Shown: piece by piece, positions 49,492-59,781 of the stretch
Layout: every line of letters begins with the position of its first letter
Position numbering within the stretch: the stretch's first letter is position 1
Assembly: GCA_035193785.1 (NCBI GenBank)
Contig: CP136572.1
Location: 4,404,578 to 4,468,577 of the forward strand
DNA: 64,000 nucleotides
Direction: 5' to 3'
Origin: Planktothrix sp. GU0601_MAG3
Lineage (GTDB): Bacteria; Cyanobacteriota; Cyanobacteriia; Cyanobacteriales; Microcoleaceae
Translations under genes and position numbers: made by a program
The notes under the pieces: generated by a model
What the model saw: only the letters and a program-made list of their open reading frames with translations
Databases searched by the model: none
Told to the model about the DNA's origin: nothing

Positions 49492-50655
49492 TTATTGATA
49501 AAACATTTTATTTGCTGGCAAATTACACTCAAGTTGTATGGGTTCAAAATCGTTAATCAGACGAACTGTAATCAAACAACCATCTTCAAATTTTATAGCA
49601 GTCAAATAATAACAGCCCTGATCTGGGTCATTTTCCCAACAAAATTTCCCCTCAATTTCTTCTCCCCTCTCAACTAAATCAATCAGGGAATCAAACATAT
49701 TAGGAATTAGTTGATTGAGCAAATTTTTGGGGACGATCTTACCAATAAGATCTTCTCGTTTTTGATCCCAAAATTTAAGAAATATAGGATTAATTACCAA
49801 ACACTGAAAATCATTAATTTCTTTAGTGAGTATATCTCTTATCGCTTGCAGGGCAAGAATTCCATCTTTAGAAACATTTAATAAGTTAGCCAATAAAGAA
49901 CGAGACTGATAAAACATTTCTGCCGTTTGTTGATGGTGTTCAATTTGCTTTTTCAACTCTTTTTTTTGTTGTTGGATAGTGAGTTGAGTTTGTACGCGAG
50001 CAACAAATTCTTCGGGCTCACAGAGCTTGGTAATATAATCAACTCCGCCCATTTGAAAAGCTTTTAATCTATTGGAAACTTGATCAAACGCACTTAAGAA
50101 GATGATCGGAATTTCTGAAGTTGATTGATCAGCTTTTAGGGCTTCGCAAACTTGATAACCGTCCATTTCTGGCATAAAAATATCGAGTAATATCAGATCA
50201 GGATGAGTCTTTTGGACGGTTCTTAATGCCATTTTCCCACTGGTCACACCTTGGACTCTATATCCAAATTCCTCTAATACTTCTGTTAATAATTGTAAGC
50301 TTTCTATAAGATCGTCAACAATTAAGATCTTGGGTTTGGGGTCTGGAATTTTATCAATATTAATTGCTGTGATTGTTTCTTGATAAGATTGGGGTGTGTC
50401 ACCAAGCACTTCCATCACCCGCCGAAAGTTATTCTTGGTGATTTTTTCCCCAAAGATATGTGAAAGACGCAGCCATAAAAGGGAAGCTAAATCTTTAATA
50501 TGACCGACGCTCAGATATAAGCTATCAGCTAGGTTGCTGTAGGTTTCTTTTTCCCAGGCAGCTTTGAGGATTTCTTTTTCTGAAGCGGTCAGTTGTTTAG
50601 CTGTTTTGGAATCTAGGGCAGCTTCAAGAAATTTTAGGGTTTCTTCAAAGGTCAT
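49492..50655 (-). CDS. Regulator: N-terminal HTH + REC + coiled coil + PAS-like domain (copy 1)
   Basis: LT..EKEIL..AW..TY..LA..LW..LS..GEKITKNNFR N-terminus; ILIVDD, DLILLDIFMP, DYITK. Confidence 0.85.
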   Translation of the reverse strand: MTFEETLKFLEAALDSKTAKQLTASEKEILKAAWEKETYSNLADSLYLSVGHIKDLASLLWLRLSHIFGEKITKNNFRRVMEVLGDTPQSYQETITAINIDKIPDPKPKILIVDDLIESLQLLTEVLEEFGYRVQGVTSGKMALRTVQKTHPDLILLDIFMPEMDGYQVCEALKADQSTSEIPIIFLSAFDQVSNRLKAFQMGGVDYITKLCEPEEFVARVQTQLTIQQQKKELKKQIEHHQQTAEMFYQSRSLLANLLNVSKDGILALQAIRDILTKEINDFQCLVINPIFLKFWDQKREDLIGKIVPKNLLNQLIPNMFDSLIDLVERGEEIEGKFCWENDPDQGCYYLTAIKFEDGCLITVRLINDFEPIQLECNLPANKMFYQ

Positions 50656-50748
50656 GATCGTTTCAGAGTGATCTGGTTTTTTATGGTTGCACCTAGTTGC
50701 ATTATATTTTACTTCTCAACTAATGTCAGTGACTAAGGAATCTAAAAA

Positions 50749-50815
50749 TCCGACTTTTCCGACTTTAAATATCCAACTTTTCCGACTGACAACAGTAGGG
50801 GCGAGGGTTCATAAT
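50749..50815 (+). promoter_or_regulatory. TCCGACTTT repeat array abutting a sigma70-type promoter (copy 1)
   Basis: TCC(G/A)AC at 50749, 50758, 50772, 50781; CTGACA-18bp-CATAAT. Confidence 0.7.
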
Positions 50816-51073
50816 TAAGGTAAAGAAGGAGTGCAGTTGAAAAAACCTCACTAGGTAGTTGTAAATCAATCGAGTTAACAAGTAAAGACAAACTATTAAG
50901 CTTGTTTGCAGAAATCAGAAGCCAGAAGCCAGAGGCTAGAAGTTGTTACAACATCTAATTCCAATTAGAAGGGTTTTCCGTTTAATTCTTCCTACCTACT
51001 TAGTCCATGTTCCTGCACCGTAAATTAGGGTGATCTTCAACAACCTGATGTTTACTTTGGTAGGTGTAGAAAA

Positions 51074-51491
51074 ATGATTGTCCGTCATTTTGCCTTAGTT
51101 AGCAGCCTTGTTGTGCTGAGTTCTTTGGGATTTTCTACCGTGGCCCGTGCCGGTGAAGGAGGTGTGGCGGGTTTCTGCTGCTTTCACCGTTGTTAACGGG
51201 AAAGTTACGGGTGTAGCGGTTTCGGCTGCTGTCGGTAAAGAAAATGCTATGGCCCATGCTTTCAACTACAATGGCATCAATGACAATGGTTTACAGAACT
51301 CAGCTTTTGCTTTGGGTGCTGCGGGTACCGTCTATTTAACCGGTCTTGGCGACCCGATTGGCGGAACCATCACCACCGCACCAGACACTAATCTCGGTGC
51401 TACCCAAGGCAACAGCTTCACAACAGGCTACAGCATCCAACTGGGTACTGCTAGTGGTGATGTTGTGAATCGGGTTCCCGCCGCTCCCTAG
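51074..51491 (+). CDS. Small secreted Gly/Ala/Asn-rich protein, copy 1 (+1 base at 51171-51175)
   Basis: MIVRHFALVSSLVVLSSLGFSTVARA signal peptide; correction joins it to SAAFTVVNGKVTGVAVSAAVGK, as in the intact paralog. Confidence 0.85.
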
Positions 51492-51643
51492 AACTATTGT
51501 GAATTGTTAATGGGGAATTTGACCCAGCAATTCCTTGAATTTTATTTTCTCTGGGATCTGACTTGAGGATCTCAGCGACTCTCGGAGCGGGTAGTCAGCA
51601 GAGATCCTCTTTCGGTGCGTAGGTAGGGATAACTAAACCCGCC

Positions 51644-52810
51644 CTAAGCTGAAATGGTCTTATTATTTGCTGGCAAATTACACTCAAGTTGTACAGGTTC
51701 AAAATTGTTAATCAGACGAACTGTAATTAAACAACCATCTTCAAATTTTATAGCAGTTAAATAATAGCAGCCCTGATCTGGGTCATTTTCCCAACAAAAT
51801 TTTCCCTCGATTTCTTCTCCCCTCTCAACTAAATTGATCAGGTAATCAAACATATTAGGAGTTAGTTGGTTGAGCAAATTTTGGGGGACGATCTTACCAG
51901 TGAGATCTTCTCGTTTTTGATCCCAAAATTTAAGAAATATAGGATTAATTACCAAACACTGAAAATCATTGATTTTTTCGGTAAGCACGTCCCTGACTGC
52001 CTGTAGGGCAATAATTCCATCTTTAGAAACATTTAATAAGTTAGCCAATAAAGAACGAGACTGATAGAAGATTTCTGCCAGTTGTTGGTGGTATTCTATT
52101 TGCCTTTTCAACTCTTTTTTTTGTTGTTGAATGGTGAGTTGGGTTTGTACGCGAGCCACAACTTCTTCTGGATAAAATGGTTTAGTAATATAATCAACTC
52201 CGCCCATTTCAAAAGCTTTTAATCTATTGGAAACTTGATCAAATGCACTTAAGAAAATGATCGGAATTCCCGAAGTTACTTGATCCGCTTTTAGGACTTG
52301 GCAGACTTGATAACCGTTTATTTCCGGCATTAAAATATCAAGTAAAATCAGATCAGGATGAATCTGGTTGATTGTTTTTAATGCCATTTTTCCATTCCTG
52401 ACACATCGAACTATATATCCAAATTTCTCTAATAATTTTGTTAATAATCCTAGGTTTTCGACAAGATCGTCAACAATTAAGATACTGGGTTTGGGGTCTT
52501 GAATTTCATCAGTATTATTTTCTTCTATGGTTTCCTCAGAATTTTGAGGTGTGCCACAAAGCACTTCCATTACCCGTCGAAAGTTATTCTTAGTGATTTT
52601 TTCCCCGAAAATATTTGAAAGGCGCATCCATAAAAGGGAAGCCAAATCTTTAACATAGCCAGCACTAAGGTACAAACTATCAGCCAGGTTACTGTAAGTT
52701 TCCTTGTTCCAGGCAGCTTTGAGGATTTCTTTTTCCGAAGCAGTCAGTTGTTTGGCCGTTTTGGAATCTAGGGTAGCCTGAACGAATTCGAGGGCCTCTT
52801 GAAAGTCCAT
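51644..52810 (-). CDS. Regulator HTH-REC-PAS-like (copy 2)
   Basis: Close paralog of 49492-50655; ILIVDD, DLILLDILMP, DYITKP. Confidence 0.85.
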   Translation of the reverse strand: MDFQEALEFVQATLDSKTAKQLTASEKEILKAAWNKETYSNLADSLYLSAGYVKDLASLLWMRLSNIFGEKITKNNFRRVMEVLCGTPQNSEETIEENNTDEIQDPKPSILIVDDLVENLGLLTKLLEKFGYIVRCVRNGKMALKTINQIHPDLILLDILMPEINGYQVCQVLKADQVTSGIPIIFLSAFDQVSNRLKAFEMGGVDYITKPFYPEEVVARVQTQLTIQQQKKELKRQIEYHQQLAEIFYQSRSLLANLLNVSKDGIIALQAVRDVLTEKINDFQCLVINPIFLKFWDQKREDLTGKIVPQNLLNQLTPNMFDYLINLVERGEEIEGKFCWENDPDQGCYYLTAIKFEDGCLITVRLINNFEPVQLECNLPANNKTISA

Positions 52811-52942
52811 GATGATTTGGGAGTTATCTGGTTTTTGGTAGTCGGGATGCAATTACTTACATGACCAAAGTTGAGTTTAGTATTCAGTATGATCACGTTA
52901 GTGTCTGAAATCATATACTACCCTAGCCAAAGAATCTAACGA

Positions 52943-53027
52943 TCCGACTTTTCCGACTTTTCCGACTTTTCCGACTTTAAAAATCCGACTTTTCCGATTG
53001 ACAAGAGCGGGGGCGAGAGTTCATAAT
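52943..53027 (+). promoter_or_regulatory. TCCGACTTT repeat array abutting a sigma70-type promoter (copy 2)
   Basis: TCCGAC at 52943, 52952, 52961, 52970, 52984, TCCGAT at 52993; TTGACA(52998)-18bp-CATAAT(53022). Confidence 0.72.
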
Positions 53028-53260
53028 CAAGCTAAGGGAAGGGTGCAGTCAAAAGGTTCCAATCAGATCACAAGTCAACATTAATCAATCTTGGCATTGG
53101 GAGTAGGTAAAGAAGTCCGAACTGTTACAACATTTAGTTACGGCTTAAGGAGTTTTCTGTCGAATTCCCTCCATCTACTCCATCTGCTCAATATGTGTGG
53201 CTGCATCCCGAATCAGGTGATCTTCAAAAATTCTGTCTTTTGCTTATTAGGTATAAAATT

Positions 53261-53665
53261 ATGATCCGTCGTTTTGCGATAGTTAGTAGCCTCGTTGTGC
53301 TAGGTTCTTTGGGATTGTCCACCGTCGCTCGTGCTGGTGAAGGTGGTGTGGCAGGTTCCGCTGCTTTCACCGTTGTTGCAGATAAAGTTACGGGTGTAGC
53401 GGTTTCGGCGGCTGTGGGTAAGGAAAATGCTATGGCCAATGCTTTCAACTACGATGGTAACAATCCCAATGGTTTACAGAACTCGGCTTTTTCCTTGGGT
53501 ACGGCGGGAACAATCAGTCTACTCGGTCTAGGTGATCCGGCAGGCTTTAACCTCAATACCGTCGAAGACACCGCTCGCGGTGTCGCTCAAATCAACGAAT
53601 TCGTTAACGGGTACACGATCGAACTGGGTACTATTAGTGGGGATGTTTTGGGTACGGCTCCCTAG
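53261..53665 (+). CDS. Small secreted Gly/Ala/Asn-rich protein, copy 2
   Basis: MIRRFAIVSSLVVLGSLGLSTVARA|GEGGVAGSAAFT...; paralog of copy 1. Confidence 0.87.
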   Translation: MIRRFAIVSSLVVLGSLGLSTVARAGEGGVAGSAAFTVVADKVTGVAVSAAVGKENAMANAFNYDGNNPNGLQNSAFSLGTAGTISLLGLGDPAGFNLNTVEDTARGVAQINEFVNGYTIELGTISGDVLGTAP

Positions 53666-54070
53666 AACTATTGTAAATTGTTAATTGGGAATTTGACCCA
53701 GCAATTTATTGAATTTTATTTTTTCTCGGATCTGACTTGAGGATCTCGGCGACTCTCAGAGCGAGCAGTCAGCAGAGATCCTCTTTCAGTGTGTAGGTAG
53801 GGATAACTTTATGCCGACGCCGGGATAGATACTTTTGTTCTAGCTTGATTTCTAGCTTCTTAGACCCCCCTACTTATTAAGGGGGGAACTGGATTTTCAA
53901 AGTCATTCCTGTCAAGGGGGAACTGCATTTCAACGTCCCCTTTTTTTAGGGGGATTTAGGGGGATCTAATCTCATTTTTAAAGCCGGAATTTTCTGGCTA
54001 CCCACTGCATATAGGCTTTTTGTTCGCAACAATTATATTAACTAACCTCGAAATTACCCAGAACAAACCT

Positions 54071-54898
54071 ATGACCAATCGTAATGCAAAAACCTTAAAT
54101 TCCACCCCGACAATTGTTTTTATTGATGCCGGAGTAGACAATGCCCAGCAACTACTTCAGGGCGTTATTCCTAATGCCAAAGTCTTTATTTTAGATAAAA
54201 CCGCCGATGGTATTGAGCAGATTAGCCAAGTTTTAGGCCGATATCAGAATATTGATGCAGTTCATATTATTTCTCACGGTGCGCCCGGTTGTTTATCTCT
54301 AGGTAATACTCAACTAAGTTTAGATACCCTAATTCACTACACCCCCCAACTGCAACAATGGAATGTTAGTAACCTGCTCCTCTACGGTTGCAACGTAGCC
54401 ACAGGAGATGCTGGGGAAGAATTTATTACCCAGTTACAGGCCCTCACCGGGTCGGAAATTGCGGCGTCTAAGTCTGTGACTGGGAGTGCTGCTAAAGGGG
54501 GTAATTGGGAGTTAGAAGTTACTACAGGTCAAGCTAAGTTGACGGCAGCTTTTACCTCGGAAGTGATGACAAACTATCAGGGAATATTCCCAGATCCAGT
54601 CCTGGTCAAAGATAACAACAGCCCCACCAATATTGCCCTGAGTCCTAGCGGCATCAACGAAAACGTACCTGCTAACAGCAATATCGGGACGTCAGGATTC
54701 TATCTACCAGTTTCAAGATGGCATAGACCTAATTCAATTAAACGGTTTAGCCTTCGGTGATTTACTGATTACCCAAAGTGGTGCTAATACCCTAATTAAA
54801 CTATTAGCAACGCCATCAGTTGTCCTGGCATCTTTACAGAATATCAATTCCAGCTTAATTGGATCGGCTGATTTTGCTTCCGGTGCGCCCACTGCTTA
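54071..54898 (+). pseudogene. Internally deleted DUF4347-type adhesin
   Basis: IVFID..., HIISHG, LYGCNVA, GGNWELE domain, short cadherin start, then an out-of-frame C-terminal segment homologous to 56761-56880. Confidence 0.7.
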
Positions 54899-55193
54899 AA
54901 TGATCTAAATTCTGAGTTGTAATATTTTACCCAGGGGTTTGGTCTCCAAACCCCTTTTGTACTTGAGTTTATCAACTCAAATCCTACGGTTTTTTTTTAC
55001 AAATTATTTAGAATTGCCATATATAAATACCATTAATTTCTGTGCTACAATTGTCCCTATAGATACTCAAAGAAAAACTGTCAGCAACTCAATAAAACAA
55101 TCTCTCTCATTAATTCTTCGTCAATTGAAGAGAAGGAGAAATAGTAATCCTGAGCAACTTTGTCGTTAAACCTTTATTATATAGGATAAAAAA

Positions 55194-56969
55194 ATGCCAG
55201 CCATTAATTTAACTGCAACTACTTACACTCAAAACTTTAACACTTTAGCGAGCAGCGGGTCTACTAGCAGTTCTATGCCTACGGGGTGGGAGTTTTTGGA
55301 AACGGGAAGTAATGCCAATACAACCTACGGTATTAATAATGGAAGCCTGACCACGGGCAATACCTACAGCTATGGAGCGAATAGCAATACCGAAAGAAGC
55401 TTGGGGGGTTTGCCAACTGGGAACCTAACACCTTCCTGGGGAGTGAGTTTCACGAACAATACGGGGGGTGCCATTGGTTCATTAGCTATCAGTTATCGTG
55501 GTGAACAGTGGCGACTGGGTACGATAGGCCAAAACAATAAATTAGATTTTCAATACAGTTTAAATGCGACTTCTCTAGCGACTGGAACTTGGACAGATTT
55601 TAATTCCCTTGACTTTAGTTCACCCGTTAGAACTGGGACAGTCGGCCCTCTTAACGGCAATATCTCTCAAAATAATACCAACTTTTCAACAACAATCTCT
55701 GGGCTGAATATTGCCAACGGTCAAACATTCTATTTGCGCTGGCAAAATTCCGATATTCCAAATGCAGATAATGGTTTGGCTATTGATAATTTTGCCCTCA
55801 CCCCCAATGTCGCCCCCAGTGACCTTACCCTCAGCAACACCAGCATTAATGAAAATGTTGCAGATAACGTTGTCGGAAATTTCACTAGCACCGATGCCAA
55901 CACGGGTGATACCTTTAGTTACAGTTTAGTAGCGGGTACGGGGGATACCGATAACACCGCCTTTACTATTTCCAGTGGTCAACTGCTAATTAATGCCCCT
56001 CCCGACTTTGAGGCCCAGTCCACTTACGATATTCGGGTTCGCACAACCGATTCCACAGGACTGAGTTATGATAAGCCCTTGACGATTAAGATTAATGATG
56101 TTAACGAAACACCGACGGATCTTGGTCTTAGCCCTAGCAACGTGGATGAAAATGTTTTACTGAACACCATTGTCGGGAATTTCAGCAGCACCGACCCAGA
56201 CACAGGCGATACCTTTACTTACAGTTTAGTCACTGACCCAGCGTATCCCGATAACAGTGCGTTTACGATTTCTGCCAGTGGTCAACTGAAAACCAACACC
56301 GTCCTCGACTTTGAAACTAAGCTCACTTACAATATCCTGGTTCGCACCACCGATGCGGGGGGACTGAGTTACGATCAGCCCTTGACGGTTGATCTTAACG
56401 ATATTGATGAGTTTATCTATGGTACACCAAATAACGATCTTCTCCAAGGTACTGCTGGAAGCGACCAAATCAAAGGTTTAGCAGGTAGCGATCGCCTTTA
56501 CGGTAATGTCGGAAACGATACCATTGATGGCGGCGACGGTAATGATATTGTCTACGGGGGCAATAATAACGATTTGCTCAACGGTGGTAATGGTAGCGAT
56601 CGCCTTTATGGGGATGCGGGTAATGATGCCGTCTATGGCGATGCGGGCAACGATGTTCTCTATGGGGGCAACGGTGACGATCTCCTAGATGGCGGTGCGG
56701 GTAGCGATCTACTCTATGGGAATGGGGGAATTGATACTTTTGTCCTAGCATCAGGAATGGGTCAGGATTCCATCTACAATTTCCAAGATGGCATAGACAA
56801 AATTCAATTAAACGGTTTAGCTTTCGCTGATTTACTGATTACCCAAAGTGGTGCTAATACCCTAATTAAAGAGTTAGCAACGGGAGTCACTATTGGATCT
56901 TTAATTAACACAAGTTCAACCCTAATTGGTGCGGATGATTTTACTTTTAGCGAAAATCGATCAGTTTAA
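55194..56969 (+). CDS. Secreted Ca-binding protein: N-terminal beta domain, two cadherin-like repeats, RTX nonapeptides
   Basis: TDANTGDTFSYSL/DFE..YDIRVRTTD repeats; many GGxGxDxLxG; C-terminal D.I..FQDG.DKI.L typical of type I secretion substrates. Confidence 0.88.
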   Translation: MPAINLTATTYTQNFNTLASSGSTSSSMPTGWEFLETGSNANTTYGINNGSLTTGNTYSYGANSNTERSLGGLPTGNLTPSWGVSFTNNTGGAIGSLAISYRGEQWRLGTIGQNNKLDFQYSLNATSLATGTWTDFNSLDFSSPVRTGTVGPLNGNISQNNTNFSTTISGLNIANGQTFYLRWQNSDIPNADNGLAIDNFALTPNVAPSDLTLSNTSINENVADNVVGNFTSTDANTGDTFSYSLVAGTGDTDNTAFTISSGQLLINAPPDFEAQSTYDIRVRTTDSTGLSYDKPLTIKINDVNETPTDLGLSPSNVDENVLLNTIVGNFSSTDPDTGDTFTYSLVTDPAYPDNSAFTISASGQLKTNTVLDFETKLTYNILVRTTDAGGLSYDQPLTVDLNDIDEFIYGTPNNDLLQGTAGSDQIKGLAGSDRLYGNVGNDTIDGGDGNDIVYGGNNNDLLNGGNGSDRLYGDAGNDAVYGDAGNDVLYGGNGDDLLDGGAGSDLLYGNGGIDTFVLASGMGQDSIYNFQDGIDKIQLNGLAFADLLITQSGANTLIKELATGVTIGSLINTSSTLIGADDFTFSENRSV

Positions 56970-57014
56970 CACAGGCTAGAAAACCGAAAGTTAGTTGATT
57001 TTTTCTAGTCTTTG

Positions 57015-57096
57015 ATCCCCCCTAGCCCCCTTGGAAAAGGGGGGAACCGGATTTCAAAGTCCCCTTTTTTTAGGGGGATTTAGGGGGATCTAATCT
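57015..57096. repeat. Cyanobacterial CCCC/GGGG intergenic repeat; second copy at about 53864-53974
   Basis: Shared GGGGGGAAC..GATTT..AAAGTC...CCCCTTTTTT(T)AGGGGGATTTAGGGGGATCTAATCTCA. Confidence 0.75.
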
Positions 57097-57316
57097 CAGG
57101 GTATAATCGGCGGTTAGAAACTGTTAACTCATTTTTATAGTTTCCAGCGAGTGAGGACACTCACACTCCCACAAAATACTCCAATTATTGATCCTGTAAT
57201 TCCTAATTTATTTTAAATTTTAAGTCGGGGTATTTTAAATTATAAAAAACCCCGATATTAAGATTTTTTGCTGTATTTAATATAATATTAATCCTCGATT
57301 TTGTGACTTTCTAATC

Positions 57317-59606
57317 ATGAACTTTCCCCGAATAATTCTTAACTTTGCTTCCAGTATTTTTACAACATACAACCGTACTATTTACCTCGGTTTAACTGTG
57401 TTGAGTATGGCTTGTGCAGCCCCAATTCTGGCACAAACCGAACCCAATTTACCCAACAATACCCCCGATCAAAATGCCTCAGAGAGCCGGGTTCCTGACC
57501 TTCCAGAAGCCCCCTCCTTATCAGAAACAATCAACTGGTCTCGTTCCGCTACAGACCTGCAACCTTTATCACAAAATTTAAGCCCGGAACCCAACCCCAA
57601 AGAACTATTATTAAATAAAAAGCCTAAGAGTTTAATTAATACCTCCCCTGACCCCAATTATATTATCCCGCCTCGCATTGCTCCCAAAGAAAAAATCAAT
57701 CCAGGAACCACAACATTACCGCTTAATGATATTCCCATTAGTCATTTGACGGAATGGCAATTGAGTGCTTTACAAGCCTTTGCTGAGACTACAAACAGCG
57801 AGCTTTTTTTGAATGGTACGCTCAAAATTCGGAGTCGAGTTATTGAAAGTTTGACCCGCGATAATATTTATACCGTAGACCAAAGAGGCAGTTATTTTCA
57901 ACTGCGAACTGTTCCCCTAGAAAGAAACCATTACCACCACCACAATTGAGCCCCAAACCATGAATGGGTTAGAAATTCAAATGAGTTTAAGTGGGGCTTG
58001 TATTTTTCCTGGAACTAACTCTAATCAACAATGTACTTATATGCCCGGTTTAGTTGTTGATCGTAATAGTATCGACCCGAAATTTTTTGTCCCCACTCGC
58101 GTCTTTCAAACCTCTCAAGTCGGGGAAGTTGTCAAACCAGAGACCTTAGCTTTTATGGAGCTTCCTAGTTTTCAAGGAGGTACTAGCAGTCAACCTATTG
58201 GGGTAGATTTATACTTTCCTAATACGGGTGCTTTCGCTGGAAATAGTCAATCTCAAGAAACAGATTTTCAGCGCCAAGAAGAAATTAACTATACCCTCGC
58301 CGGGACATTTTCTCGGGTACGTCAAGTTATTAAAGCTAACGATACAGAGGCAGTTTTAGGGCGAACAATTCGAGGATTTACTATTTTTGTTGATGGCAAA
58401 AATCCCTGGGTTAATACAGCAATTCAAGCCGGAGTGCAACTTTTACCTGATGTTATTCCTGACTTAGAAGGCGGTGAAAATCCTGCTAATCCTAATATTA
58501 ATCGTAACTTATTTTTAGCTGCTAATAATACTCGTTTACCTAGTAGTAGTTTTACTATCTATTCTGCGGGTCTGGGACGGGCAGAAAGTTTAACCCCTAA
58601 TATTACCAGTTTAAGCCAAATTCCTAGAGCAAGTTATCATAGTCTTTGGTTCGGTCTTTCTCCGGTTATTCAGCGTAATTATGAAGATAGCGAAATCTTT
58701 TACCAAGCAACAAGCCCTCAATTTACCCTCGCTAATGCGGGTGCGGAAGGTGGGGGAAATAGTAATGTTGACTTAGTTTCTGCGGTTAATCAAGATACCT
58801 ATTCAACGGCAAATCTACAGAATTTTTATACTCAAGTTTATTTGAATTTTTTACAGCAAAATGTTAATTTAGTTAGGGAAAATGTCTATCGGGAAAAAAT
58901 GCGTTATTATCCCCATTTAAGTTTTACGGGAGACTGGACGGGTAGCCAATATTTACTCCGATATTATGCGGGTATAATTGCGTCGGAAGAAGTTAAACTT
59001 TATCTGGGTACTGATTATACAAGAAACACTGTCAATGGTTGGATTTTTCGTGGTGGAGTGATTGGTTATCTTAACCCAGATCGGGATTATTATAGTCAAG
59101 TTTGGGGTAGTGTGGGTAAAATAATTCCCTTGAGTAAAAATGCTAATTTAACTTTATCATCGGGTTTTAATTATGCCATTGATCGGGATACAAAAATTGG
59201 TGATATTGTTAGTATTTCCCCCGCCAGTGAAGTAGCTATCTCCAGCAGTTTAAACTGGGGAATTATTTCTATGGGTTTAACAAACTATTTTGGTGATATT
59301 CTTCCCAATTCCTACGATAATCGCTTACTTGCTAAATTCAGTATCAGTCCGATAAAAACTCTTACTCTCTCTGGTTATATCGCACCTATTGATGAAACTT
59401 CTAGTCGTTCTCTTTATGGTGCGGGCATCATTTGGCAACTCAAAAACCAGTATAACAGTCCTACCCTATCTTTTAATTGGCAAAATCAACAATATGATTA
59501 TGGTAATGATGTTTTTGGGAATCAATTATTAGTAAATGATAATATTTTTACAGTGTTATTTCGTGTCGGTCATCCGGCTAATCCTTTCTATAGCAATCCT
59601 AAATAG
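57317..59606 (+). CDS. Large exported hypothetical protein, putative outer-membrane protein (+1 base at 57924-57928)
   Basis: Signal peptide ending ILAQ; corrected LERTITTTTIEPQTMNG joins the two ORFs; C-terminal third has alternating aromatic/Gly beta-strand pattern. Confidence 0.7.
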
Positions 59607-59781
59607 CCCTTTTTTGTCACTCTCCGAATTCTAGGCATTCATATAAACAATAATCCCACGCCAGAACCATCAGTATAGCGTGGGAAAAGTTATAAAAAAT
59701 TGCAATAGCCAAAAAATGTCAAATCAAGACCGGAATAATCTGAGATTCTTCGGTGGAAATCAGGACAATGGGACTGGTGGT

